In this document: positions 53,085 to 64,000 of the stretch, piece by piece
Numbering within the stretch: position 1 is the stretch's first letter
Layout of the letters: each line of letters opens with the position of its first letter
Translations under genes and position numbers: made by a program
The notes under the pieces: model-generated
Seen by the model: the letters and a program-made list of their open reading frames with translations, nothing else
What the model was told of the DNA's origin: nothing
The model's database searches: none
Source: Glaucostegus cemiculus
Lineage: Eukaryota
Direction: 5' to 3'
Length of the DNA: 64,000 bases
Assembly (NCBI GenBank): GCA_976551045.1
Contig: CDPCPM010000274.1
Location: 248,001 to 312,000 of the forward strand

Positions 53085-55096
53085 CTAAAATAAACAAATA
53101 CAATGAATTTAGTTGCATCCAACGATCTATTTTTCGTGATGTTAAATACTTATTTACACAGTAACACTATACAGAATACCCAATAAGTAGTTAGAGCCTG
53201 TTCCGTTTAGGTGAATCATTTTTGTGTTCGGAAATCCCGTAAACGTTTGGTGGCTAAAAAGTAACGTCGGAGGGGGCGGGGTGGGGGGAACCATAAAGCT
53301 CATTAATTCCAGCAGAGTTTTTCCGATTTATACTGACAAGTTTGATGATACTGGTGGAGTTGCACCTCGCAAAATCTGCTCTCTGGGGATATATTTGTAA
53401 TATTATACCGAATATTAAACGATATATCTTCTGTCTTGTGTAATTGCATGGAGACAATAATACATCTTTCTTCCCTTTCCAGTGACGTAGTTTTGGAGAG
53501 ACATGGACACTGTCGACTTTAAACTAGGTTCGGAGAAAGTACGAGGACAAAGTTATCCATGTGACTCCGAAAATATCAACATTTGTCAACCAAGGAAGAC
53601 AGCTAGATTCGACCACATTTTGCCGTGGGAAATTATTCAACAATGTATTGTAGTCACAATTTAGGCGAGGAAAATATGCATTTTTGTTGTTGGTGAACAA
53701 GGTGTATTATCAACGCGTCATGCATAATGGAATGGATGTGTGAATTTGTTCTGAGAGAACAGTTAAATGGGAACAAATACACCATTTCTTATTATTGGAA
53801 CAGTCAGTTAAATATAGATTAATTATCAAACGATAAGAACAACAAATTTAATAACGGATATTCTGTTTGGTAACAGGTACTGGCTGTTTGCTACTTCATA
53901 AGTTTCATTCATGTAGTTTGAATGAGAACGTCAAAGCAGAAATCGAGACATAACAAAAATAATCAGGCGTCTTCTGCATAGTCCTATGCATGTTATTCGA
54001 TCAGATGATTGCATCTTTGTCAAAGTACCTTGCGATAGAATGTCCAAGGAAATCGCGGTAAAATTTCCGTGTTGGGAGAATGCGAAGGAAACTTGACAGT
54101 GGTCATCTAAATTTGCAGGGATTTAGTTTTGCAACTTTGAATTCACTCTGGTTAGAAATAAACTAAATCAAACATTGTCATTGATAATGGACAAAGTGGA
54201 ATAAGTAATTGTCTACGGCAAAACCAAAGTGGGTTGTGTGTTTCATCAAACAGTAAGCAATGATATAGTTCTGAAGATTTTACTGAGAACAGAATGAAAG
54301 TCTGGAAATGTCGTCTCAATGTTATTGTGATTTTCCAATGAGAAGCCGCCGAAACGCGTATTAATATTGTTTAAATAGAAAAGGCAACAGGGAAACGTGT
54401 CGTGTTTGAGTATCTTTAACGCAACAGTGTAAGTCCAACGGGGCTTCAAGAAAATAAGAAAAAAATGAGGTTCTTTATATGATAGAGAAAACCATGCAAG
54501 TCCTTAAAAGGCCAGACTTTCTGGAAGCATTGTGTTGTTTTATTTGCATTCTTTGGGGAAAATATCCAGGATTGTTGAAGGGGAAGGGGTGTGTCGAAAG
54601 AGGTGTACTTTCCCTTTAATTATTTGGAAGCCTGCGCCAGTGCATGGAGGCCCGAAATCCTGGAGAGGTGCGTTCAAGGTGATGGGGAAAATGCTCGGGG
54701 TGGAAAAAGGCCTTTTCTGCTCTAAAACAATGAAAGAAACAGATAAACAAACTAAATCATAACGTGTCAAAAGGTCTTTGATAATAGTTTGCGATTTGTT
54801 TTGTCATTAATCTACCACAGAGTTGACTGAGATATAATAAACAGAAGGACCTCCATGGGTGTGCCTGCTATTAATTAACGCATTGAAATTCGCAATGGAT
54901 GGTGACAAAAACGGGTAGCATCTTACCCAGCACACTTTATGAGCAGATTTAAAAATAAACTGGTAGACACTTGAATGAAGTGAATATTGGGTAATTTTTC
55001 TGATAGATTTATAAAAATATATATTTGCATGCTTTGCTTATTCCACACAGCTTAATTTAAGATAAAAGAATTTCAGAACAACAACTGATACTTTAC

Positions 55097-55123
55097 TGAA
55101 TTGTATGCGGAGGACATCATTCC
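55097..55123 (-). CDS. Microexon 6 (27 nt): xNDVLRIQF (module exon A)
   Basis: tttgttttattgcag|GGAATGATGTCCTCCGCATACAATTCA|gtaaag; similar to exons at 20290, 8478, 376. Confidence 0.8.
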
Positions 55124-56699
55124 CTGCAATAAAACAAATGTAAACAGTCATCTGGTACATTTAAATAAGGAACATATACAGATATTGAATGCCGCACATA
55201 AAAAATGGAGGAAAAAGCAGATTTTCTTTTCACTTGTTGTAAAGAGCATTCTGTCTTCACTGTCGCTGCAATTTCCATTGCAGCTGTTGAGGAACTGAAA
55301 GGCAGTCAGCTCCCGAAGTCGCTATCCTCAGTGCTCCACTCCCCGCAGCAATCTGCTCTGACCGAGAGATTCGCTCTGCCTGCATTGCCAGAACTTGAAC
55401 TTCACGCTATCATTCCCATTCCCAAGTAGACTTCACGAAGTGCAGTGGGCCACGAGTGCCGATCAGCCTCTCCTATGTGCAAAGGACGGAATAATTCTGC
55501 CAAAGTCCTTATACATCATTTGAACTGCCTGTGGCGACCAGCTTCAATTGAGAAGCAGCTCAAAATGGCTTCAATAATTCTGAATATATATGCTGTCTAT
55601 TATATTATCTGGTATCAGCAATCGATTACATGTTTACTGAACGAAAATTATGAAGTAAAAAACACATCACTTGCCTCCAAATATGCATCCATTCATGGAC
55701 CAGTTCCAATTAAATTAAAGGGGATTGCATCAGTTACGCCAGCCATGGCAGTTGCACTGCAGCTGGCGTAAAACTGGCACATTCAAAGGAAATCTGTCTA
55801 AGCTACTCTGCATATCGGTGCGACTTACACAACTGAATTACGTTGACCTTTCACCTCCAGTCTGATGCTAACTCTTCGTGTTTCAATGCGGAATCATGGA
55901 ATTGGAAGTTAACCTGATCAGCGAGGTGGCGATAGCGACCCATCACCATCGAGCTGCTTGTCAGAGAACAACACTGCTTAACCCAATGTATCTGGATGCC
56001 AAATCTGGACAAGAATCAGAATATAGTTTGGCGTCATCGGAAATCCAGCTCTTTCACTGGTATCTCCGAGTTTTGCTCATTTTTTGTGGAAACCGTAATT
56101 GTTGCCTTTGATGCTTGTGGCTCTGCAACAGCAGTCCATCCCTTTTCGGCACCTGTAGATCTTCTGCTATGCATGTATATCCATTTAGGCAGTTTGTCAA
56201 ACTCATGTCGCGAGTAGTTCACATTGCCCCAAGCTATTATGTATGATCTGGAACATTGCAAACATATCAGCCAACCACTTCATTTAACTATATCAGAATG
56301 AACTAGGTTCGATGAATGGAATTGTATCCATAATTAGGCAATGCAAATCAATCCGTTAATTAGAGATAGCAAAGGATAGAAGACAGAAGAATATATATGA
56401 CTTAATAAGTATCTGCTGCCACCATATTACATTCATTGTGCTTGTAAGTTATTGCTTCTCACCTTAGTTTCAGCAACTTTTCATTTGTGAAAATCTAATT
56501 TGGACGGAGTTTTAGAGAGCAAAATTCCATCGATGTACACAATTGAGCACCATGTACAGCATATGTTGAGCCGTGTTAGGAGTACAAAGGGAAGAATAAG
56601 ACTTCCACAAGAATTTTAAAGTCTTTAACCAAGAGAAAGACGACTATTTAGACAGCGTGTCTTGAGCTGCGCTCTGGTAGCTTAAAATCCGGTGGCATG

Positions 56700-57130
56700 A
56701 ACACTGAATTTTCTAGTTTCCGGCAACCCACACCGGGTGTTCTCCTTCCACATACGTTCACCTGTTCACGTAGTTTTCTTCCCTTTGTTTATCTCTTTCA
56801 TTCGTTCCTACACCTGGTTCCCTCTGTCCATCATCCCTTCACCATCAGTCTTCACCTATCGACCACCAGCGTCTCTTCAACAACTCTCCACCTGGTTCCA
56901 TCTGCCCATCGATTCCGTCACATTTGGTTCCAACTACCAGCTCCCTTCCCGTCTCCTTCTTATCGCCATATACCAGCGATCGTTTCTGTTACCTCTCAGT
57001 TCTGATGTGTTGTCTCGATCCGAAACGACCACTTACACCTTTTCCCTCCACAGATGCTGCCTGACTACTGAGTTCTTCAAGTGTTCTATATTTATTCTAG
57101 ATTCCAGCAACTGCAGTCTATTGTATCTGC
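56700..57130 (+). mobile_element. Chondrichthyan repeat terminus (Penelope-like family), pyrimidine-rich
   Basis: ccgaaacgacc...cacagatgctgcctgactactgagttcttcaag...gattccagcaactgcag; opposite-orientation copy at 60410-60860. Confidence 0.55.
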
Positions 57131-57368
57131 AGTTTATTTTCAATGTAATTCCTGCAACCATCTCATAATTAGCGTTATTTGAAAAGTTAATTCATTTAAC
57201 ATAAACGTGTTTTAATCAATATATTTCAGGAATATTTAATGAATACTGATGACGTTATTGTAGATTTAAATATAATCCAATTCTTAGGAACATTATTTCA
57301 TCGATGAACTTCCAAGGCATTGAAGGGCGCAAGCCCGTAAAGGAATATAACTATCGTTCGCGACAAAC

Positions 57369-57380
57369 GCGTGTTCCGAG
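57369..57380 (-). CDS. Tentative microexon (12 nt): ARNT
   Basis: ggattctgctttaccag|CTCGGAACACGC|gtttgt; occupies the linker position before an LRIQ-type exon, as the 12/18-nt exons do elsewhere; weak donor. Confidence 0.35.
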
Positions 57381-57484
57381 CTGGTAAAGCAGAATCCAAT
57401 TCAATACATTTCGCTGCAATTTGGCATGACTGGGCAATAACTGTAGCCCATGTTTCTGCATTTTATTATTGCTGAGCGTATTAC

Positions 57485-57520
57485 CGGGTGTGGAAAGACT
57501 TCTTCGCGTCCTTAAAACAT
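57485..57520 (-). CDS. Microexon 5 (36 nt): DVLRTRRSLSTP
   Basis: tacgttattaacag|ATGTTTTAAGGACGCGAAGAAGTCTTTCCACACCCG|gtaata. Confidence 0.72.
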
Positions 57521-58055
57521 CTGTTAATAACGTATTAAAATACAAAGTTAGTGATACGAATTCTCTTCAACTGTTAAGCATATTTTGTACTTTTCCCTTT
57601 TCGAATGAGCAACTTATAGTTTTAGTATCTTTTGATTCCAAGACGAAGGGTCTAAATTTAGGTGATAGGAAATACAACGTAATCATTTATTTTTTTATTG
57701 GGTGACAGAAGTGGTTTTGAACAGTAAGTTCAGAGACGAAAAGAAAGATCAAACCCTATATTCATCCTTTGTCCTTCATTGCAATTGTGTAATAAGTAAT
57801 AGTCTAAAATTGCCAGAAAAATCGTAGGTAAGGTAAGTTTAAAGCCCTTTGTAGGCTACACATTCAGAAAGGAAATATTTCTTCTTGCTTTAGATTTGTC
57901 TTCAGCGTATTTACAAATATTTCATGTGATATTGATGAACTTTTATTGAAAGAAATGAATTATTTTAGCTACCCTAACTCTTTAATGAGGAAATAAATGG
58001 TGGCCAAGTTTCCAAACCGTACTTTGCAACAACGAACAATTTCTAAATTTTTCTA

Positions 58056-58150
58056 AAAGACGTACGGGTAGGTTAATTTGGGGGCTTAAAATGGGCGGCG
58101 CGTACTCGTTGGGCCGAAAGGGCCTGTTACCACGCTGTAAATAAAATTAA
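58056..58150 (+). mobile_element. 3' fragment of SINE (same subfamily as 26118)
   Basis: aaagacgtacgggtaggttaatttgggg...gggcctgttaccacgctgtaaataaaatt matches the reverse complement of the 26118-element tail. Confidence 0.75.
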
Positions 58151-58748
58151 AGAAAAATAACAGGTATAAGACAATGCTGAAGATTGCCACTGGGAAGATT
58201 AAACTCATTTAGTATATCAAGTATGATAAGCTGATATAAAAATGCTTTCCATAATATTGTTCACGACAGTACATATGCTTTATTCATAATATATATTTTT
58301 GCTGATAATAATTATCTCAAATTCGATCCTCAGCAAAGGGGCTCGCGGCATATGAAGCTAGTATTTGGCTTTGGATCAGTCATCCCTGCATTTGGAAGTT
58401 TCTGTCAAAGTCATGGATTCTTTCCCAACGGTTGTTATTTGTTGACCATGGGAACGTAAATAACACATGGAATCATGGTAATGGGGAATGTACCAACTCA
58501 GATCAGTGTGATAATACAATGAAATACATCGGTGAAGAAATATATTCTGGAATAAGGCGAATGACGTTCACTATGGACAATACCCACACAAGAGAATCAC
58601 AAGGGAAAGAAGAGGTATGATCCTGATGACAATCAACACATCAGCTTCATGAACATAACTGAAATTATATATTTTGACACTGTATACATTTAGGAATATT
58701 TTGTTTTTTTATTATAAAGTTATCACTTTTTGAAGAGTTTGTTTTTAC

Positions 58749-58775
58749 CTTTATCTCTTTGCTTTAGGCTTTCCT
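58749..58775 (-). CDS. Microexon 4 (27 nt): QESLKQRDK
   Basis: gccttattgaacaacag|AGGAAAGCCTAAAGCAAAGAGATAAAG|gtaaaa. Confidence 0.8.
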
Positions 58776-59140
58776 CTGTTGTTCAATAAGGCAAATTAAA
58801 TGAACTGTCTAAAATTCACTGGTTATTGTGAACAAATGCGTGTATACATATGGGTTGAAGCATATGAATAAGAGCACCTTGAAGAGATCTATATCGTTGA
58901 TTAATTGATAAGTGCATATCTTTCCGTTTTCTCAAAATTTGTAGAAATGTCCGAATGAGGGCAGGATTTGAATGTCGTTTAAGAATATTCAAGTAAAATA
59001 AGAAAAGATACTCAGGTACACTACTTGCTCCAACTTTACAAAACGATACTGTGGGGAACCAGGGGACATTTGTTTGTGAAAAAACATCTATGGCAACATT
59101 TTACTTCGCTTGATTTAGTTTCTGCAAAGTTATTACTCAC

Positions 59141-59176
59141 GGGTCATTTGCAAAGTTTGCTTCAAAGACGTCAATT
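59141..59176 (-). CDS. Microexon 3 (36 nt): ELTSLKQTLQMT
   Basis: aatttatttttcag|AATTGACGTCTTTGAAGCAAACTTTGCAAATGACCC|gtgagt. Confidence 0.85.
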
Positions 59177-60409
59177 CTGAAAAATAAATTTTAAACATTC
59201 TTAACTTAATTTTCTGTCCAGGCTTGACTATTCTGATTCAACTAATCTATAATACTGAATCCTGAAGAACATTTACGCTGGCATCATTGGAAAAGTACTT
59301 ACCAAAATTCTCTTGGCACATGAAATATCTTCAAGTAAAAGTAAAATAATCTTGCAGCGCGAAACCTGCTCTCGTCTTTTTTTTTTAACGTAATAGCTGT
59401 TGTTTACTTAAAGCTACCATTATTTAGATTCCCAAGTAGTCTCAGCCGTTACCCCGTCCAATGACACGGGAAATCTAGCCAAATATTTCACCCTTATGAT
59501 TTTCAGTTGATGATGAGAGCACCTCAATATTGGGTGTAGTTTTCAAAACACAATGGTCGTATCAGCAATGGTACGAATATATGTGGGACAGGGATTTTTA
59601 ACTGACAACATGAAGGTTGCTTTTCCAGCATGAACCAGCCAAATGCAGAAAGGGTAAACAATCAGATTTTGAATCATACCACCATAGAGTTGTAAATTGT
59701 GGCTAAAACCCAGAAGGTAAGACACAACAAACGTATTTAAAACAACATAACCAAAATAATTTAGTTAACACGTACAGATAAAGTATGATCAGAAAGAGGG
59801 AAACACGCATCTTAGGTTTCTCTATTTTTTAATAAAGGTCGGTGACCCCGTTTAAAGCAATGATTGACTTGCGATTTACAACTGGGGCCCCATCAGAATT
59901 ATCTTGTCACCAAAGTTCGGGAATTTGCTTCCGCTCTGCATTCAAATTCTGAGCGTGAGTCAAGATAAGATGCATTTGACCCCACGCTTGATAATGTCTT
60001 GAATAACCCAGCATAATTTTCTGAGATACCTGTGGATGTGGTACATTAAACTAACAAAAAACATTATGAAACTATTTTAGATATCGATAGATTATTTCTT
60101 TCAGTACGCGCACACAAACAGGTTCCATGCTGTCGAGCACGCTTTCTGTAACACAATATACGCAGAGTGGATCACAATTTAAAATTCTTAGGTAGCGCAC
60201 AAAATGTCTCGCATACGTCTACCAGGAAACCTATTGCATTACATTACGCTCTGCTTTGTATCTTCTCTGCGGATATGCGGCTTTCGTGAAACTGTGTGAC
60301 TTTCCACGAATAATTAGTCTTAACCTGTCTGAGGCTCATACTGATATAAAGAATATACCACTGTTAATTACATTCAACAATGATATCATATAAAACATGA
60401 AAAACACTA

Positions 60410-60860
60410 TGATGCTGGAGGACCTCAGCAGGTCATGCAGCATGTGTGGAGAAAAGCAGGCGGTCAACGTTTCGGATTAGGACCCTTCTTCACGACTGAA
60501 TATAGCAAAAAGGGGAGCCCAATATATAGTCGGGAAAAGAAGAACAGTGATAGGTGGACAAAAGAGGGGAGGCGATGTGGGCACAAGGTGGTGATAGGTA
60601 GATGTAGGTAACAGATGGGTGTGGGGGAGCGGCAGAAAACAGAACCACTGGGCAATGAGCGATGAGTATGCAGGTGCGGGGGAGGTGCAGAGAGCAGATC
60701 CACTGCGCGATGGGTCAAAGGTAAGGAGAGAAAGGAATTAAAAAAAGGGAGAAACAAGAGAAAAAGGCTAGGAAAGGGGAGAAAAGAAGCATGGTGGGGT
60801 TGGTATGTGGGGAAGTGTGTGGAGATTACTTAGAGTGGGAGGATTAAATGTTCATGCAAG
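60410..60860 (-). mobile_element. Chondrichthyan repeat terminus (Penelope-like family)
   Basis: gatgctggaggacctcagcaggtcatgcagcat...aacgtttcggattaggacccttcttca then purine-rich tract; smaller relics near 23830, 30490, 33150. Confidence 0.6.
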
Positions 60861-61070
60861 ATCTCCGGTATGTTCACTCTATCCACGCTATCTCCAGTAC
60901 GTTCACTGCATCCATCAAATCTCTGATATCAGATAAAAGATTCAATCGAATGTATGGATACATTAACGATTATTTGGAAGGTTCCAATATTAGCTGTGTA
61001 AAGATAGTTCATCAGAATAGAATGTTGCTCTTTAATAAAAAAGTAAGTATTTTTTCCTCGATGTACATAC

Positions 61071-61097
61071 CCCTTTCTTTCTCATTGCAGGTGTCTT
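61071..61097 (-). CDS. Microexon 2 (27 nt): EDTCNEKER
   Basis: gctatttcccgctttag|AAGACACCTGCAATGAGAAAGAAAGGG|gtatgt. Confidence 0.82.
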
Positions 61098-61418
61098 CTA
61101 AAGCGGGAAATAGCATTCATATTAATAGTTATTTTCTAGCATCATGGAATTGAGTAATTCAGTTTTAAATACCTGGTGATATTCCATTCAAAGGCATATG
61201 AGAAATGATTGCACGCAGAAAGCAGCACATTTTGTGGAAGGAAGAATTTGCCTATCTGTCTTGCAGTATCAGAAATAATGAGAGAAATCATTCTCACAAT
61301 TTACATCAGTTGTATTTATCAGTATATCATTTTTTTATAACTTCCCCGATATGTGACAGTTTACTTAACTACTTATTCCAAAATCCTAAGTGAGTAATTT
61401 TTTCCCCTAGTTTTCTGT

Positions 61419-62072
61419 GTGTCCTCACACATAAGCCACTGGCAGTAAATATGCAGCCATGGCAAACGAGTGGGAACGAAACGATTTCAAGCGCTTATTG
61501 CAGGAAATTTAATGCGATGGTTTTTGTTTTGTTACCAAGCGATAGCTTTTGAGTGTTATAGCTATTATTCTCGAAAATTCTGCAGATCCTTGAGCGGTTG
61601 CCAGAGACGGGAAGGAAAGAAATATAATGATAAGTGTCGAGAAAAATGAATTAACAAAGTACAGACAGCCTCAGCTCATTCCGCTTGAAAAATTTTCATC
61701 GGTAAGGAATTTGTAACTTAGCACTTAGTAAATAACAGCGGATTGGTCAAATCAACATGTAAAGAAAAGCTGGAAGTCAGGACTGGGAAACCCATTAGAA
61801 TTGACAAAGCTTAACTGGAGAATTTGCTGCCCCTTGACTTTCAGCGTGCCTCGATTGAATGTGAAATTATATAAAGTTATCCAACGATAGGAAACCTGAA
61901 AGTAGGCATTTTTAAGCAATCAATTGAAAAGTTTTTGTTTTCAGTAGGGCCCGGGTGTCCTCACACATAAGTTACTGACTGTAAATATGCAGCAAATGAG
62001 TGGGAATGAAACGATTTCAAGCGCTTATTGCAGGAGTTTTAATGTGATGGTTTTTGTTTTGTCACCAAGCGA
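61419..62072 (+). repeat. Local direct duplication: 61419-61542 and 61955-62072
   Basis: gtgtcctcacacataag...aaacgatttcaagcgcttattgcagga...accaagcga present twice; second copy has a 6-nt deletion. Confidence 0.92.
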
Positions 62073-62175
62073 CATATGTTAACTTCCGTAACATAGAAGG
62101 TGAAAATCCGAAAATGACCTTTGAAAATTATCATAAAAACACAGTACTAAAATGAAAACAAAAATTCTTTCTTAC

Positions 62176-62211
62176 CCGAATGCTTCAGCCTTTTCTTCAG
62201 TTGTTCTATTT
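62176..62211 (-). CDS. Microexon 1 (36 nt, phase 1-1) of coiled-coil microexon gene: xIEQLKKRLKHS
   Basis: cattgcctttccag|AAATAGAACAACTGAAGAAAAGGCTGAAGCATTCGG|gtaaga. Confidence 0.85.
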
Positions 62212-64000
62212 CTGGAAAGGCAATGCCAAAATTCTGTAGGAATTATGCTTCAATGTAGTACTTACAAAACTTGACTTTCAATGTATTCTCAGTGGATCGA
62301 AACTTCTTGGTGGTTTTTAAGAGAACAGTTGTATTCGCTGTATGACCCTTCCGATTTGTGCATGGCATGAATCCAATAATTGAAATTTGTTTTAGGTAGT
62401 TTTGTTATCAATTTTCTTCATTTCCATCAATAATTTAATTAGTTTCATAGAATAAAATATGCTTAAAGTAATATATTCCCTTTATATTTATGTAAATGCT
62501 TAACTACTTTGATTCTTTACATTTATTTCATAATTTCTTTTCCACATGCCTCTGGTTATCAGAAAGGCGTTTGACAGCATGAGCTCTCAAAATGTCAACA
62601 GAGCTCGTTGAAAATGCTGCCTTGGGGTTCACTGCCTGCGACACGATCGCAACTCGTGGATCTCTTTACTTTGGTGGCTGGCGGAGGATCTAAGCCCGAA
62701 AATCAACGTAGCTACGGGGATTCTATGTATCTTGAACTCAGTTGACGTGGATGATGCGACTCATTGGTTTTGTCTTCTATTGCTCTTAAATCCTAATGGC
62801 GAGTTAAGGACTAAGAATTTGCAGTGGGAATCAAGGTGCTTTTGATGGTTACGGAGATATTCATAATTTGGATGTTTATCTTCAACAATTCGCAGGTAGA
62901 CCGTGGTTTTGATCAATTGCTCAGAGTTGTGCGCAGCGTTTCAAAAATCAATTGCCAAGTAATGAACTGTTTCGAAGTACATTCTTGTTCATACAATGGA
63001 TCCATTGCACCTCCACGTCTGCTTCCCTACCATCTCTGTGGGAACACGCGATTCTGCCCTGGCGCAACTGCTATCGTGATTTCCCTAAGTCAGCGGGGTG
63101 TGAGTAACGGATAAGACTGCAGTGATTGCTTTTCTGGGAGCCGGTATTGACCAGATGGTCCGAATGTTCTCGGACTGCATTGTAATAACAAACACTGGCA
63201 TCCACCGATTAAATGTGAGTTATTTTAAGCAAATTAATTTTTGGTCAAACTATTAATTATTTGTGGAAAATTAGGTATAATTATACAGTGAACGTGGTAA
63301 ATTGAGGAAAGTGAAGAATTTCTCCAAAGTGGGCATATGAAGAAACGAAAGCCAACCGGAAAAAGTGCTGTAACTCAGTGTACAATGCCCAGTTTTACAG
63401 CTCATGGGATGTGCGAATATTTATTTGGATAACCAATAACAAGTAATCTCACAGTATATTTTTATTGCTGTTATAATCGACGTGAATGACTTTTACGTTT
63501 TCCCACTGCAATACGGATGTCAGAAATAGGTGTAGGAACGAACAGTGTATCTGATCTACAACGACAGCATTGGACTTTAGCAATGATATTCGAGCCAGAC
63601 ATTCTTGTTTGCAATATTCATGAATGAATGAGCAAATGCAGCGCCATATAGTTGAGTGATCGCCGACCTCGATTGTAAGTATTACCGAAGGTGGGAGGTT
63701 TAATTTTGATATACTGGACGATTAAAATGTGCTTTAAATATGTTTCATGTATATGTTAAATAATTCAATTATTTGATTACACTTTAACTGTTTTAAAATA
63801 ACTTTGCATATCAGAAATATTTCCAGCAAATGTTCGAGTCTTATAGGAACAGCGAACTCCTAAAAATCCAACAGGGCAGCCTAGGGACAAGTGCTCAGTA
63901 CCTGTTGTCTAAGGCTAAATCTCTGTGAAGCTCGATTACAAGAACTATTGTACCCGGGGTGGGGGGGGGGGGGGGGGTAAAATCCAAGTGTAGTGACAGG

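Noticed and set aside
59303-59328. Segment with strong gtaagt donor
   Set aside because: 26 nt (frameshifting) with an AAG acceptor; does not fit the exon classes.
61519-62090. GGTTTTTGT nonamers suggesting V(D)J recombination signals
   Set aside because: No CACTGTG-like heptamer at 12 or 23 nt spacing, and no V/J coding segments nearby.
1-64000. Prokaryotic systems such as CRISPR arrays or operons
   Set aside because: No regularly spaced direct repeats or dense ORFs; the content is vertebrate intronic DNA.

Overview
Eukaryotic, AT-rich DNA with three assembly gaps. The SINE and LINE families look like those of cartilaginous fish, most likely a ray or sawfish (inference). None of the supplied long ORFs is a real gene. 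Reading the minus strand by hand shows that the whole window is the interior of ONE gene built almost entirely of microexons: 40 supported exons (plus 3 tentative) of 12-42 nt, mostly 24/27/36 nt. Each is flanked by a pyrimidine-rich ...AG acceptor and a GT donor, is a multiple of 3, is phase 1-1, and is free of stops in that frame. Spliced together (1125 nt spread over ~62 kb) they give a ~375-aa E/K/L/Q/R-rich predicted coiled-coil segment. It has a higher-order repeat whose first exon (xxxxLR[IL][QE][LF]) occurs four times. Start, stop and identity-defining domains lie outside the window, so no gene symbol is given. The architecture recalls the microexon-encoded cytoplasmic tails of butyrophilin/BG-type genes, but this is only a hypothesis. 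The introns hold three solo LTRs with intact TSDs, tRNA-derived V-SINEs, many CR1/L2-type LINE fragments, microsatellites, two ~40-bp near-perfect inverted repeats and small local duplications, one of which creates an in-frame alternative donor.
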